From positions 1-49,465 of the forward strand of contig CAYTFR010000001.1 of NCBI GenBank assembly GCA_964437175.1: DNA of 49,465 nucleotides, written 5' to 3'. The DNA comes from an uncultured Gammaproteobacteria bacterium. GTDB lineage: Bacteria > Patescibacteriota > Microgenomatia > UBA1406 > GWC2-37-13. This document shows positions 15,593-25,727 of this stretch, piece by piece (position 1 is the first letter of the stretch; the number at the start of each line of letters is the position of its first letter). The notes beneath the pieces were generated by a model, which had not been told where the DNA came from, did no database searches, and was given only the letters and a program-made list of their open reading frames with translations. The position numbers and the translations under genes are program-made.

Positions 15593-16570
15593 ATGGTTAA
15601 TTCCAAAACTATTCTTAAAGCTTTACCCTTTATATTAAAAAAAACTCATCTTCCTTTTCTTGGAAAAAAATATCAAGGCAAAGTAAGGGATTTTTATCTA
15701 ATTAAAGATGAGCGAATCTTGATTACAACTGATCGTCAATCTGCTTTTGATGTTATCTTGGGCTATATTCCTTTTAAAGGAGCGGTTTTAAACCTTTTAT
15801 CTGGATTTTGGTTTAAAAAAACAAAACATATTATTAACAATCATATGATTAGCCTACCTGATCCTAACGTAATGATCAGCCATAACTGCCAACCCATTCC
15901 CGTTGAGATGATTGTTCGAGGTTATTTAACTGGAGTAACTAAAACATCGATTTGGTATTCATACCAAAAAGGAGAACGAATAATCTATGGATTAAATTTT
16001 CCAAACGGTTTGAAAAAGAACCAAAAACTTGCTCATCCAATTATTACTCCAACAACTCATCCCGAAGCTGGAAGTGGTACTCATGATCAAAGACTAACCC
16101 GAGATCAAATTATTAAAGAAAAAATTGTTGATAAAAAACTTTATCATCAGATGGAAAAAGCATCGCTAGCTCTTTTTGATTATGGAAGTAAATTATGCAA
16201 AAGACAAGGATTAATCCTGGTTGATACAAAATATGAGTTTGGCTTATATAAAGGAAAATTAGTCCTTATTGATGAAATCCATACTCCAGATTCTTCCCGA
16301 TTCTGGATTGCTGATACTTATAAAACAAGATTAAATAAGGGTTTAGAACCGGAAAATTTTGATAAAGAGTTTCTTCGTTTATGGTATGCGGAAAAAGGTT
16401 ATCGAGGTGATGGAAAACCGCCAAAAATGACTAAAGAACTAATTATTGCTTTAGCTAAACGCTATATTAGTGTTTATGAAAAAATCACTGGTCAAAAATT
16501 CAAGGCTTTTCCTTATCCAATAGAAAAACAAATTAGTCGTGTTTTAAGATCAATAAATAAAACCAATTAA
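15593..16570 (+). CDS. purC: SAICAR synthetase (long form)
   Basis: LILVDTKYEFG and DEIHTPDSSRFW motifs. Confidence 0.85.
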   Translation: MVNSKTILKALPFILKKTHLPFLGKKYQGKVRDFYLIKDERILITTDRQSAFDVILGYIPFKGAVLNLLSGFWFKKTKHIINNHMISLPDPNVMISHNCQPIPVEMIVRGYLTGVTKTSIWYSYQKGERIIYGLNFPNGLKKNQKLAHPIITPTTHPEAGSGTHDQRLTRDQIIKEKIVDKKLYHQMEKASLALFDYGSKLCKRQGLILVDTKYEFGLYKGKLVLIDEIHTPDSSRFWIADTYKTRLNKGLEPENFDKEFLRLWYAEKGYRGDGKPPKMTKELIIALAKRYISVYEKITGQKFKAFPYPIEKQISRVLRSINKTN

Positions 16571-16578
16571 TATTTAAA

Positions 16579-17688
16579 TTACCCTCTCAACTTTAAACTT
16601 ACTCCTTTAAAAACAATCTTCTTCGGCTCAATAACAACCTGTTTCTTTCCTTTTTCAACCTGGCCAATAACATAGGCTTTTATTTTATGTTTATTAGCAA
16701 TCTTAATGACCTTATTCTCATCCTTAGCTGAAACAAAAAGGGCATAACCAGCTCCCATATTAAGACTTCCATAAGCCTCTCTATCGGTTAATGGCCCTTT
16801 TTCCTGAATAAACTTTAAAACTGAAGGAACCGGAGGAACAAAAGTAATTCTATAGGTAAATGTCTTTTTATGTCTCATTATTTTTCGCCAGCCATGGCCA
16901 GTAATATTACTCATATAATGAATATCAATCTTTTGTTTAAATAAATCCTGAACAAGCTTTGCATAAATAATAGTTGGCTCAAGTAAAGCTTCTCCATAAG
17001 TCTGCTTTTTATTTATCTTTGTTTTATATCCCTTTGGCAAAAACTGTTTAACTTTTCTGGCTAAAGAAAGTCCATTGGCATGAATCCCACTACTTTCAAA
17101 AACAATAATTTTATCACCAACTTGAAGTTTTTGACCTAAAGTCAACCTTTTTTTCGGCTTTATTATTCCCACACAAGCTCCAGCTAGATCAATTGCTGAT
17201 TTTTTAATAATCCCTTTTAATGTTGGTGTCTCCCCACCACCCCAAGAAGCCCCGCTTAAATCACAAGCTTTTCTCCAGCCAAAAACTAAATCTTTAATTT
17301 TTTGTTTGTCTTTGAACCATTCTTCATTCCCAACAGCCCAATAAGCAAGAACTGAAATTGGCTGAGCGCCAACCGTAACAATATCATTAACCATCATCGC
17401 TATTGTATCTTGAGCAATTTGGTCATAATATGTTTTTCCAGTCAACTCTCTCATTTCATCAGCCACTAAACATTTTGTTCCCAAACACTCTTCAATACTG
17501 GCAACATAAAAATCTCCCACATCAACCACATAAGCTGACTCGCCTCTTGATAAATCAACTTCTTTTAATCCGATATTTTTTAGGTTCTTGGCTGTTTTTT
17601 TCCCTTCTCTCTGGGCCATAACCTTTAAAGGGTCCATTAAATCATAATTAACTCCTGTTTTTTTATAAGTAAGGGTTGACTTCTTCAT
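16579..17688 (-). CDS. purM: AIR synthetase (PurM family)
   Basis: YKKTGVNYD N-terminus, a CLGTK motif, PurM-like N- and C-terminal domains, and pur-cluster context. Confidence 0.75.
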   Translation of the reverse strand: MKKSTLTYKKTGVNYDLMDPLKVMAQREGKKTAKNLKNIGLKEVDLSRGESAYVVDVGDFYVASIEECLGTKCLVADEMRELTGKTYYDQIAQDTIAMMVNDIVTVGAQPISVLAYWAVGNEEWFKDKQKIKDLVFGWRKACDLSGASWGGGETPTLKGIIKKSAIDLAGACVGIIKPKKRLTLGQKLQVGDKIIVFESSGIHANGLSLARKVKQFLPKGYKTKINKKQTYGEALLEPTIIYAKLVQDLFKQKIDIHYMSNITGHGWRKIMRHKKTFTYRITFVPPVPSVLKFIQEKGPLTDREAYGSLNMGAGYALFVSAKDENKVIKIANKHKIKAYVIGQVEKGKKQVVIEPKKIVFKGVSLKLRG

Positions 17689-17701
17689 TATGGATATTGT
17701 A

Positions 17702-18373
17702 TCAGATTAATCTCTTCTCTTTAAAACTAAAAAAACCATTTTTGCTAACAATGATATGATCAATTACTTGAATATCAATTATTTCTCCAACCTTAATTAA
17801 TTTTTTAGTAACTTTTTTATCTTCTTCTGACGGCTCTGATCTTCCTGAAGGATGATTATGAACAATAATAATCTGGGCTGCTTTGTTTTCTATTGCTGGC
17901 GCAAAAACTTCGCGAGGATGAACTAGATTGGCAGTTAAAGTTCCTATTGAAACCGTATATCTTAAAATAAGGGTATTTCGAGCGGTTAATAATAAAGCAA
18001 TTAAATATTCCCGCTTCTTATCTCTAAGATTACTGACTAATTTTGCAACATCTTTTGGACTATCAATTGTTAATTCTTTTTCATTGTTTAATGCCCTCTT
18101 AACCAATTCATAACAAGCCTTTATAGTTGTTGCCCGAGACCGACCAACTCCTTTTAGAGCAATTAATTTTGTTAATGGTAAGTGGAATAATTTATCAAGG
18201 TTATATGTTTTTAATATCCGCCGAGCAACTTGAACAACATTCTGCCCTTGATAACCAGTTCGTAAAAGAATAGCCAAAAGCTCTTCGTCTCTTAAAGCTT
18301 CTATTCCTTTTTCTAACATCTTTTCCCGTGGCCGATTAAATTTTGGCAGTTGTTTGATCTTCATCAAACCCAT
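17702..18373 (-). CDS. radC: RadC-family JAB-domain protein
   Basis: LSDEELLAILLRTG-like N-terminus (RDEELLAILLRTG), a HhH region, and the HNHPSG JAMM motif. Confidence 0.85.
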   Translation of the reverse strand: MGLMKIKQLPKFNRPREKMLEKGIEALRDEELLAILLRTGYQGQNVVQVARRILKTYNLDKLFHLPLTKLIALKGVGRSRATTIKACYELVKRALNNEKELTIDSPKDVAKLVSNLRDKKREYLIALLLTARNTLILRYTVSIGTLTANLVHPREVFAPAIENKAAQIIIVHNHPSGRSEPSEEDKKVTKKLIKVGEIIDIQVIDHIIVSKNGFFSFKEKRLI

Positions 18374-18398
18374 AATAACTAATTATTTAAGAAAAGTC

Positions 18399-18416
18399 TG
18401 TAAACTATAGTCTACA
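18399..18416. promoter_or_regulatory. Imperfect palindrome TGTAAAC-TATA-GTCTACA upstream of radC
   Basis: 7+4+7 inverted repeat with one mismatch, 26-43 nt upstream of the radC ATG. One half equals the lexA operator half-site GTAAAC, and the centre resembles a -10 element (TATAGT on the minus strand). Confidence 0.3.
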
Positions 18417-18528
18417 AAAGTATTAAAATAGATTGTTAGAAAGCACTACAATAATGATATTCACCCATTAATCATCTGTTTATAAATTTCATCGTCAAGT
18501 AAAGAAAAGTGTGAAAAGTCCAAATAGA

Positions 18529-19941
18529 CTAAAACAACTTTTTTATCCTTTGAAGAGCTTCTTCTTTCCCAAGAATTTCAATTGATTCATTTAATGGAGG
18601 AGTAATTTTTTTCCCACAAATTGCCACTCTTAAAATCATAAAGAATTTGCTATTACTTAAATTTTGTTCTTTGGCTAACTTGATCATCTTTTCTCCAATA
18701 AATTTTGCTTTCCATTGATCTAAATCTAATAGCTTTTGGTAAATTTTTTGGAATAAATCTTTATATTGATCTAAGTTCATCTGATATTCTTCTGGTGCTT
18801 TGAAAAAGAACTGGCAGTAATCTTCATAATCAGAAAGTTTTTTTATTCTTTCTTTAATTAAAGGAATTGTTTTATCAACAATCTTTTCAGAGAACTTGTT
18901 TTGATAAAATTTTAAGAGTTGAGTCTTGAGTTTTGAATTTTGAGTTTTTCTTAAGTATTCACCATTCATCCACTCTAATTTAACTCGATCAAAAGCCGGT
19001 CCAACCGGAGAGATGTCTTTTAGATCAAAAACTTTGATAAACTCTTCTAAACTAAATATCTCTTTTTGTTGAGGATGAGACCAACCCATTAAAGCTAAAT
19101 AATTTAAAACCGCTTCTGGTAAAAAACCTTGTTCTAAATACCATGAAGCACTAACTGCATTTTTCCTTTTAGAAAGCTTTGATCGATCTGAATTGCGCAA
19201 TAAAGGCAAATGAACATAAACTGGCAATTGCCAACCAAAGGCTTTATAAAGCAATACATGTTTAGGAGTTGATGAGATCCACTCTTCTGCTCTTATGACA
19301 TGAGAAATTTTCATTAGATAATCATCAACAACAACTGCTAAGTGATAGGTTGGATAACCATCAGATTTTAAAAGAACCTGATCATCAAGAGATTGACTAT
19401 TAAATTTAATCTCTCCTCGAATAAGATCATTAAAACAAATTTCTTGATCCTCTGGAACTTTTAATCTAATAACATATGAGTTTCCATCTTTTGTTTTTTT
19501 CTGTTCAGGTTTGACTTTTAAACAATGTCTATCATATTTAGGGACTTGACCTTTTTTTCTCATTTTGGCTCTCACCTCATCCAGCCTTTGTTTTGAACAA
19601 AAACAGTAATAAGCTTTTCCTTTTTTAACGAGCTCTTCAGCATATTGCTTATACAAATTAAGTCTTTTTGATTGTTGATAAGGCTGATATTTTCCTTTTA
19701 TATCTGGGCCTTCATCATGATTTAAACCATATAATCTTAATGTTTTCAAAATCTTTTTCTCTGTCCCTTTAACCAAACGAGTTCTATCAGTATCTTCTAT
19801 TCGAATTATAAACTGACCATTGTTTTTTCGCGCCCAAACCCAATTAATTAAAGCTGTGTATAAATTACCGATATGAAGATCCTTCCCAGTTGGTGATGGA
19901 GCAATTCTTGTTCTAACCATATTTGATGTCTGTTTTTTCAT
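18529..19941 (-). CDS. gltX: Glutamyl-tRNA synthetase
   Basis: RIAPSPTGKDLHIGN (HIGH) and KLSKRK (KMSKS). Confidence 0.9.
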   Translation of the reverse strand: MKKQTSNMVRTRIAPSPTGKDLHIGNLYTALINWVWARKNNGQFIIRIEDTDRTRLVKGTEKKILKTLRLYGLNHDEGPDIKGKYQPYQQSKRLNLYKQYAEELVKKGKAYYCFCSKQRLDEVRAKMRKKGQVPKYDRHCLKVKPEQKKTKDGNSYVIRLKVPEDQEICFNDLIRGEIKFNSQSLDDQVLLKSDGYPTYHLAVVVDDYLMKISHVIRAEEWISSTPKHVLLYKAFGWQLPVYVHLPLLRNSDRSKLSKRKNAVSASWYLEQGFLPEAVLNYLALMGWSHPQQKEIFSLEEFIKVFDLKDISPVGPAFDRVKLEWMNGEYLRKTQNSKLKTQLLKFYQNKFSEKIVDKTIPLIKERIKKLSDYEDYCQFFFKAPEEYQMNLDQYKDLFQKIYQKLLDLDQWKAKFIGEKMIKLAKEQNLSNSKFFMILRVAICGKKITPPLNESIEILGKEEALQRIKKLF

Positions 19942-19965
19942 AAAGAAATTATATAATATTTAGTT

Positions 19966-20520
19966 ATGAATAAAGAAGCTGATTATAAATTCTGCCCAAA
20001 ATGTAAAGGAAAATTTTTAAAAGATAAAAATAATTTGCTTGTCTGTTCTCAATGCAAATTCCATTATTACATCAATCCTAGATTAACAAACGCCATCATT
20101 TTAAAAAGTGATAATAATAAAATTCTGTTAGTCAAAAGAAAAGTTCTTCCAAAAATTGGTTGGTGGGATTTACCAGGAGGCTTTGTTGAAATTAATGAAA
20201 CTCTTGAACAATCTATGGAAAGAGAGACAAAAGAAGAATTAGGAATTTGTTTAAAAAAATATCAATATTTTAGATCATATTATGATAATTATCTTTATCA
20301 AGGCATTAATTATGCCACTATATGCGGTGTCTTTATTGGAAAGTTGTCAGGAAACGAAAAAATAAAACCAGAAGATGATATCTCAGAAGCTAAGTTCTTT
20401 TTATTTAAAGATATTCCTTTTTCTAAAATTGCATTTTCTGGACTTCAAAAAGCTCTTCAAGACTATCAATCATTATTTTCTCTTCATCAATCTCAAAGAT
20501 CCAAAAGCTCCAAAAAGTAA
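19966..20520 (+). CDS. NUDIX hydrolase with N-terminal zinc ribbon (NudC-like)
   Basis: CPKC...CSQC zinc ribbon. NUDIX box GGFVEINETLEQSMERETKEELGI. Confidence 0.75.
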   Translation: MNKEADYKFCPKCKGKFLKDKNNLLVCSQCKFHYYINPRLTNAIILKSDNNKILLVKRKVLPKIGWWDLPGGFVEINETLEQSMERETKEELGICLKKYQYFRSYYDNYLYQGINYATICGVFIGKLSGNEKIKPEDDISEAKFFLFKDIPFSKIAFSGLQKALQDYQSLFSLHQSQRSKSSKK

Positions 20521-21987
20521 TGGTAAAAGAAGAATATTTAAATATTTAAACATATCTTTTTGCTTTTCTGTTAAGTTTGGAATTGGGTAAAAAGAAATTG
20601 ATCGAGATCGAATACCAGTTAAGGCTCCTTTTGATGCCAAATTGTTGACTGTATTTAAAACCAATCCGATATTATTATTATTTCTGCTTAAAAAACGGTT
20701 AAGAATAAACCGTGATGAAGGGATTAGAACAATCTTTCCTTCTCCTTTTTTTTCTGCCTCAGAAATAAGATTAAACTCTTTTAGATCTGAAGAATCTGGC
20801 TGAGGTATTTTCTTTGGATCTAAAACATATTTTTCTTTTTGCTCCCATGATTTTTTAGATGTTTTGGCTAAAATTCGCGTTTTTAAACCATCTTTTTTCA
20901 TCGTTGAGATTGAAGAAACCCACGGAAAACTTAACTGATTTATATTAGAAAAATAAGTACTCTTTTTATTTAAAGATGATGTTTTAACCCAGAACGGATA
21001 AGGTGTTAAAAAACTAAAAACATTATTTCCAAAATTAACCATCTCAGCTGAAGTTGAAAGGAGTAAGTTTTTATTTAAAATTAATCCCCAATCATTTAAT
21101 AAAGGAAACAATCCATGATCAGCATTAACTGTTGCTAATGAATCTTTAACCCAAACTCCATCAGCAAAAACAAGAGCAGTCCCATTATTGTGGAGATAGT
21201 TTTTAATCGCATCCAGTTTTAACTGATCATACTTATCCTTATTATTATCAAAAATAAGAACTGTTTTTATTGAATTATCAATAGTTGTTTTTCCTGAATC
21301 AGTTGAGACGTCAACATAATCAATGGTAAACTGTCTCTCTAATATTCTTTTAATTGTGCTTAAGCTGTCCTTTTGAGGATCAAACTCTCTCTTATAACCC
21401 ATAATCCCAATCTTCATATCTGTTTTCCTGGTTAGTTTGTAAATACCAGCAGTTATATTGTATTCTAAGTTTCCAACTTCTGTTACCTGAGGCAAAACTT
21501 CTTTTTTATCACCATAAGCAATTATAACTCCAAAATAAGCGCTGGAAACAGCGTATTTATCTTTATTTAATTGCGAAAACTGTAATTCCGGCAGACCAGC
21601 CTCTTTTGCCTGATCAGCAACTTTTTGATCTTTTTTTGGATCAAGTAAAGAAAATCTTACTTTACTCCCTCCTTGTTTATCATACTCTTTTAGTAAATCT
21701 ACCACCTCTGTTTTTAAAGGCAGTAATCTTGTTGGTAAAGCTGATGAAGCAAAAAATTTTATCCTTACAATATCATCAAGGTTTTTTAAAATCTTTTTTG
21801 TTGATTTTGATAATGTATATGCTTTTCCAAAAGAAAAATCTAATCGAAAAGATAATGAGCTAAATAAGAAATTCAAAACAATAAATAAAACAATGACTAA
21901 TCCATAAATCATCTGTCTTTCTATCTTTTCTAAACCAAGAATTTTATTTAAATTTATTGATTTTATATTCTTAATTTTTTTTAGCAT
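20473..21987 (-). CDS. GldG-like ABC transporter auxiliary protein
   Basis: N- and C-terminal TM anchors and an ABC_transp_aux-like central region. The gene lies downstream of an ABC-2 permease and an ATPase. Confidence 0.6.
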   Translation of the reverse strand: MLKKIKNIKSINLNKILGLEKIERQMIYGLVIVLFIVLNFLFSSLSFRLDFSFGKAYTLSKSTKKILKNLDDIVRIKFFASSALPTRLLPLKTEVVDLLKEYDKQGGSKVRFSLLDPKKDQKVADQAKEAGLPELQFSQLNKDKYAVSSAYFGVIIAYGDKKEVLPQVTEVGNLEYNITAGIYKLTRKTDMKIGIMGYKREFDPQKDSLSTIKRILERQFTIDYVDVSTDSGKTTIDNSIKTVLIFDNNKDKYDQLKLDAIKNYLHNNGTALVFADGVWVKDSLATVNADHGLFPLLNDWGLILNKNLLLSTSAEMVNFGNNVFSFLTPYPFWVKTSSLNKKSTYFSNINQLSFPWVSSISTMKKDGLKTRILAKTSKKSWEQKEKYVLDPKKIPQPDSSDLKEFNLISEAEKKGEGKIVLIPSSRFILNRFLSRNNNNIGLVLNTVNNLASKGALTGIRSRSISFYPIPNLTEKQKDMFKYLNILLLPLLFGAFGSLRLMKRK

Positions 21988-22009
21988 ATAATTTTCCTGA
22001 TTAATAGTT

Positions 22010-22711
22010 TTATCCTCTTCTCTCTAAATCAATAATTGTTAAAAACAAAAACGTAATACAAAAACTTAGAAAATAGAATAATGAACGAATATCAATCACT
22101 CCTTTAATAAAGTTTTGGTAATGATAAAGTGGTGTTAAATAACTAAAATAATCCTCAATAAATCTTGGTAGAACCGTTGCTAAAAAATCTGTTGCCATTA
22201 CCATTAATAGAAAAATAACAATTACACTGCTTAAAAAAGCAACCACTTGATTTTTTGTTCTAACGGAAAAAAACATTGATAAACTGATTAGAGCCGAAGC
22301 TAAAGCGATTACTCCTCCATAGGCGACTATTATTTCTGGGTAATAAATCTTGGTAATAAATGACAAAGAAATTGGCAATCCTATTGTTAACAACAATCCA
22401 ATTATAGTTAATGTTAATAAAGCTAAAAATTTTGCAATTACTATTTGTGTCTCTGAGATAGGAAGAGTTAATAAAATCTCAATTGTATTCATTCTTTTCT
22501 CTTCTGATAAAATCCTCATTGAAAGAGCTGGAATCAAAATCATAAAAAGCCAGGGGAGAAAAGCAAAAAAAGGTCTCATTGAAGCTGATTCAACAACAAA
22601 AATATCTTTAACAAATAAAAAGTTAGCAAAAAGAGCAAATAGAATAATAATAATATAACCGACTGGATTGTTGAGATAATAATTTATCTCTTTTTTATAA
22701 AGATTTAACAT
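22010..22711 (-). CDS. ABC-2 type permease (GldF-like)
   Basis: 233 aa with about 6 TM segments, placed between the ATPase and the GldG-like gene. Confidence 0.7.
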   Translation of the reverse strand: MLNLYKKEINYYLNNPVGYIIIILFALFANFLFVKDIFVVESASMRPFFAFLPWLFMILIPALSMRILSEEKRMNTIEILLTLPISETQIVIAKFLALLTLTIIGLLLTIGLPISLSFITKIYYPEIIVAYGGVIALASALISLSMFFSVRTKNQVVAFLSSVIVIFLLMVMATDFLATVLPRFIEDYFSYLTPLYHYQNFIKGVIDIRSLFYFLSFCITFLFLTIIDLERRG

Positions 22712-22713
22712 AT

Positions 22714-23394
22714 TTAACCTTTAACTAATTTTTTAAACAACTTTTCCACCCCTCCTTTTGCTTTTGGCTTCTTTCCATCATAAACAATCTTCCCTTTATC
22801 AATAATAATGATTCTATTGGCGACATTCTCAACTTCTGATAAAATATGAGTAGAAAAAATGATTGTTTTGTCTTTGGCTATTTTTTTAATTAATTCTCGT
22901 ATTTTTTCCTGTTCTATTGGATCCAGTCCTGAAGTCGGTTCATCAAGAATTAAAATTTTTGGTTTACCAAATAAAGCAGCTACTAAACCAACTCTTTGTT
23001 TATATCCTCGTGATAAATCTTCTATATTGACTTTAATCTTGTCTCCTAATCCAACATCTTTGGCCATTTTTTTCCAATTCTTATCGCCTTTAACTGAAGC
23101 AATAAATCTCAGATACTCAGCTGTATTCATCTCAGTATAAAGAGGATTGTTCTCCGGCAGATAACCAATTAATTTTAAAATCTCTAGTCTATTTTCAAAC
23201 GAATTATATTTATCAATAAAAACTTTGCCTGAAGTCGGAGTTAAATAACCTAATAATAATCTCATCGTAGTTGTTTTTCCAGCTCCGTTTGGACCAAGAA
23301 ATCCAATAATCTCGCCTTTTTTCGCTTGGAATGAAATTTTATTGACAGCAAGGGTTGTGCCAAATTTTTTAGTGACAGAAGAAATCTTAATCAT
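22714..23394 (-). CDS. ABC transporter ATP-binding protein (GldA-like)
   Basis: Walker A GPNGAGKTT, signature LSRGYKQR, Walker B ILILDEP. Confidence 0.9.
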   Translation of the reverse strand: MIKISSVTKKFGTTLAVNKISFQAKKGEIIGFLGPNGAGKTTTMRLLLGYLTPTSGKVFIDKYNSFENRLEILKLIGYLPENNPLYTEMNTAEYLRFIASVKGDKNWKKMAKDVGLGDKIKVNIEDLSRGYKQRVGLVAALFGKPKILILDEPTSGLDPIEQEKIRELIKKIAKDKTIIFSTHILSEVENVANRIIIIDKGKIVYDGKKPKAKGGVEKLFKKLVKG

Positions 23395-23452
23395 ATCAAT
23401 AATTTATATCAAAAAAAATTCCAGATAGCAACTTAAAATTACTTAGATAAAT

Positions 23453-24973
23453 TCAATCATCAACTGCCCTAAATTGCAAGGATTCAGAAATACATGATGA
23501 ATCGATTTTGTCCTTTTCTTCTAAATCAGCAATCGTCTGAGCGACTTTTATTGTTTTAAAATATGATCTTGCTGAAAGTGATAAGGTTAATTTAGCCTTT
23601 TTTAATATATTTATTGCTTCTGAAGTCAAATGACAATATTTTCTTATTTCTGACGTTCCCATCTCTCCGTTTGTTTTTATTTTTAAATCAGCCAATCTTT
23701 TTATTTGTCTTTTTCTGGCTTTAATTACTTTATTCTTAATTTGACTGCTTTTCTTTCCTTGATATTTGATAATTAATTGATCATCTTCTACTGGAGGAAC
23801 ATCTATATGAAGATCAATTCGATCTAGCATAGGCCCTGAAAGTCTTTTTCTATACCTTAAAATTGCTCCTGGCATACACTTACACCTCTTTTTTGGATGG
23901 GTTAAATAACCACAAGGACAAGGATTAGAAGCAGCTACAAGTAAAAATCGGGCAGGAAAAGTTAGTGTTCCTGAGGCTCGAGAAATAGTAACTATTCCAT
24001 CTTCTAATGGTTGCCTCAATGCTTCCAAAACTGATCGAGGAAACTCAGGAAATTCGTCTAAAAATAAGACTCCTCGATGAGCAAGTGATATTTCTCCTGG
24101 CTTTGGTTTAGAACCACCGCCAATTAAACCTATTCGTGAAGTAGTATGATGAGGTGAACGAAAAGGCCGTTGAATAATAAAAGATGATTTTGACAACTTT
24201 CCTAAAACAGAATATATTTTTGAGACCTCAAGTATTTCATCTCGATCCATCAAAGGCATTATTGAAGGAAATGCTCGAGACAACATTGTTTTTCCAGCTC
24301 CTGGTGGTCCTTTTAAATGGATATTATGAAAACCAGCCGCCGCTATTTCTAAAGCCCTCTTAGCTTGCTCTTGTCCTCTTATCTCAGAAAAATCATCTTG
24401 ATAGCTTTGTTCTTGATCTAATTCTTCTAAGCTAACATGAGGATAAGGATTAATTTGTTTTTGTCCATTAAGATGTAAAACTACCTCTATTAAACTTGTC
24501 ACTGGATAAACTGTTATCTCTTTAACGATTGCTGCTTCTTTAACATTTTCTTTAGGCACAAATAGGTTCTTTATTTTTTTATTCTTAGCCATTAAAGCTA
24601 AAGAAATGATCCCTTGAACTCTTTTTATTTTTCCTTCCAATGACAATTCACCAATAAACAAACTTTTATTAAATTGATTTGAAATTACTGAACCCGAGGC
24701 AGTTAATATTCCTATGGCAATTGGAAGATCAAAACTTGATCCCTCTTTAGGTATATTGGCTGGAGCTAAATTAATAGTTAACCGCGAATCCGGCATCTCA
24801 AAACCACTATTGTTTATAGAAGTTCTAACTCTATCTTTTGCCTCATCAATCGCTTTATTAGGCAAACCAACAATTGTAAAAGTTGGAAATCCTTTTCCAG
24901 CAACATCAACCTCAACCTCTATCAACACCCCGTCTAATCCAATTGTTGTCCCTGAAAATATCTTAGCGAGCAT
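23453..24973 (-). CDS. comM: YifB/ComM family Mg-chelatase-like ATPase
   Basis: N-terminal Lon-protease-like domain, Walker A GPPGAGKT, GVLFLDEFPEF, a C-x-C-x cysteine cluster, and a C-terminal ChlI-like domain. Confidence 0.85.
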   Translation of the reverse strand: MLAKIFSGTTIGLDGVLIEVEVDVAGKGFPTFTIVGLPNKAIDEAKDRVRTSINNSGFEMPDSRLTINLAPANIPKEGSSFDLPIAIGILTASGSVISNQFNKSLFIGELSLEGKIKRVQGIISLALMAKNKKIKNLFVPKENVKEAAIVKEITVYPVTSLIEVVLHLNGQKQINPYPHVSLEELDQEQSYQDDFSEIRGQEQAKRALEIAAAGFHNIHLKGPPGAGKTMLSRAFPSIMPLMDRDEILEVSKIYSVLGKLSKSSFIIQRPFRSPHHTTSRIGLIGGGSKPKPGEISLAHRGVLFLDEFPEFPRSVLEALRQPLEDGIVTISRASGTLTFPARFLLVAASNPCPCGYLTHPKKRCKCMPGAILRYRKRLSGPMLDRIDLHIDVPPVEDDQLIIKYQGKKSSQIKNKVIKARKRQIKRLADLKIKTNGEMGTSEIRKYCHLTSEAINILKKAKLTLSLSARSYFKTIKVAQTIADLEEKDKIDSSCISESLQFRAVDD

Positions 24974-24980
24974 TATTTTG

Positions 24981-25025
24981 ATTATATGAAGTTGTTTTAT
25001 GAATTACTATGGACTATAGTCCATA
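24981..25025 (-). promoter_or_regulatory. comM promoter region: TATAAT (24986..24981) plus the perfect 18-bp palindrome TATGGAC-TATA-GTCCATA (25008..25025)
   Basis: Perfect -10 element 7 nt before the ATG (leaderless geometry). The palindrome overlaps the expected -35 position. Confidence 0.4.
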
Positions 25026-25132
25026 AAAAAAAGTTTTAGATTGATCTAATAAGGTAAAAAAGAGCAATATACAAATACCCTTAATGAAAAATCTAAAAAT
25101 TTAATTTTTTTATTATGTCCAAAGTTTTTCCT

Positions 25133-25702
25133 TTAATTAATCTTTCTTACAACTCCTTGAACTACTCCAAATATACTTAATTTTCTTTTGGGATAAAAAG
25201 GGCCATATTTAGAATTAGCCGCTTCCAAATAGTTCTTTTTACGAGTTCTATCTTTTCTCAAAACCTTTAATGTCCATTCTCCATCTATTTCTGCTAAAAC
25301 AATATCGCCAGAAAAAGCTGTTTTCTTTTTGTTGATAATAACAATATCACCATCAAATATTCCAGCATTAATTAAAGAATCACCACTAACCTTTAAAACA
25401 AATGATGAGTTTGGATCATCAATCAAATATTCATCTAATGATAAATAGTCTTTATCTTCTTCAGCTAATATTGGCTGACCAGCTTTAACAATACCCACAA
25501 AAGGCAAACTAAAAAATCTTTCTGTTGGAGCAATCTTATTTTTTTCTTTTTTAATCAACCCTGCCTGAATCCATTTCTGAATAATATCAAAAACTGCTTT
25601 TTTAGACGCTAAACTAAAAAGTTTTAACATCTCAGAATAAGAAGGTAATCGATGAAATTTACGATAGAATTTTTTTACTTTTGCCAAACGGTTATCTTTC
25701 AT
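25133..25702 (-). CDS. lexA: LexA-like S24 repressor
   Basis: N-terminal winged-helix region, then a VKAGQP cleavage-region-like motif, VSGDSL (serine nucleophile) and EWTLKVL (lysine). Confidence 0.8.
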   Translation of the reverse strand: MKDNRLAKVKKFYRKFHRLPSYSEMLKLFSLASKKAVFDIIQKWIQAGLIKKEKNKIAPTERFFSLPFVGIVKAGQPILAEEDKDYLSLDEYLIDDPNSSFVLKVSGDSLINAGIFDGDIVIINKKKTAFSGDIVLAEIDGEWTLKVLRKDRTRKKNYLEAANSKYGPFYPKRKLSIFGVVQGVVRKIN

Positions 25703-25727
25703 AAAATATTAAAATAATAAAAAAGTT

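Noticed and set aside
20473-20520. 48-nt convergent overlap between the NUDIX gene and the GldG-like gene as a regulatory antisense arrangement
   Set aside because: Tail-to-tail overlaps of this size are common in compact genomes. The overlapped NUDIX tail (SQRSKSSKK) is low-complexity. There is no further evidence for function.
25008-25025. comM-upstream palindrome as the lexA transcription terminator
   Set aside because: On the transcribed (minus) strand the T-run lies 5' of the hairpin, not 3'. The stem has only two G/C pairs per arm. An operator or promoter role fits better.
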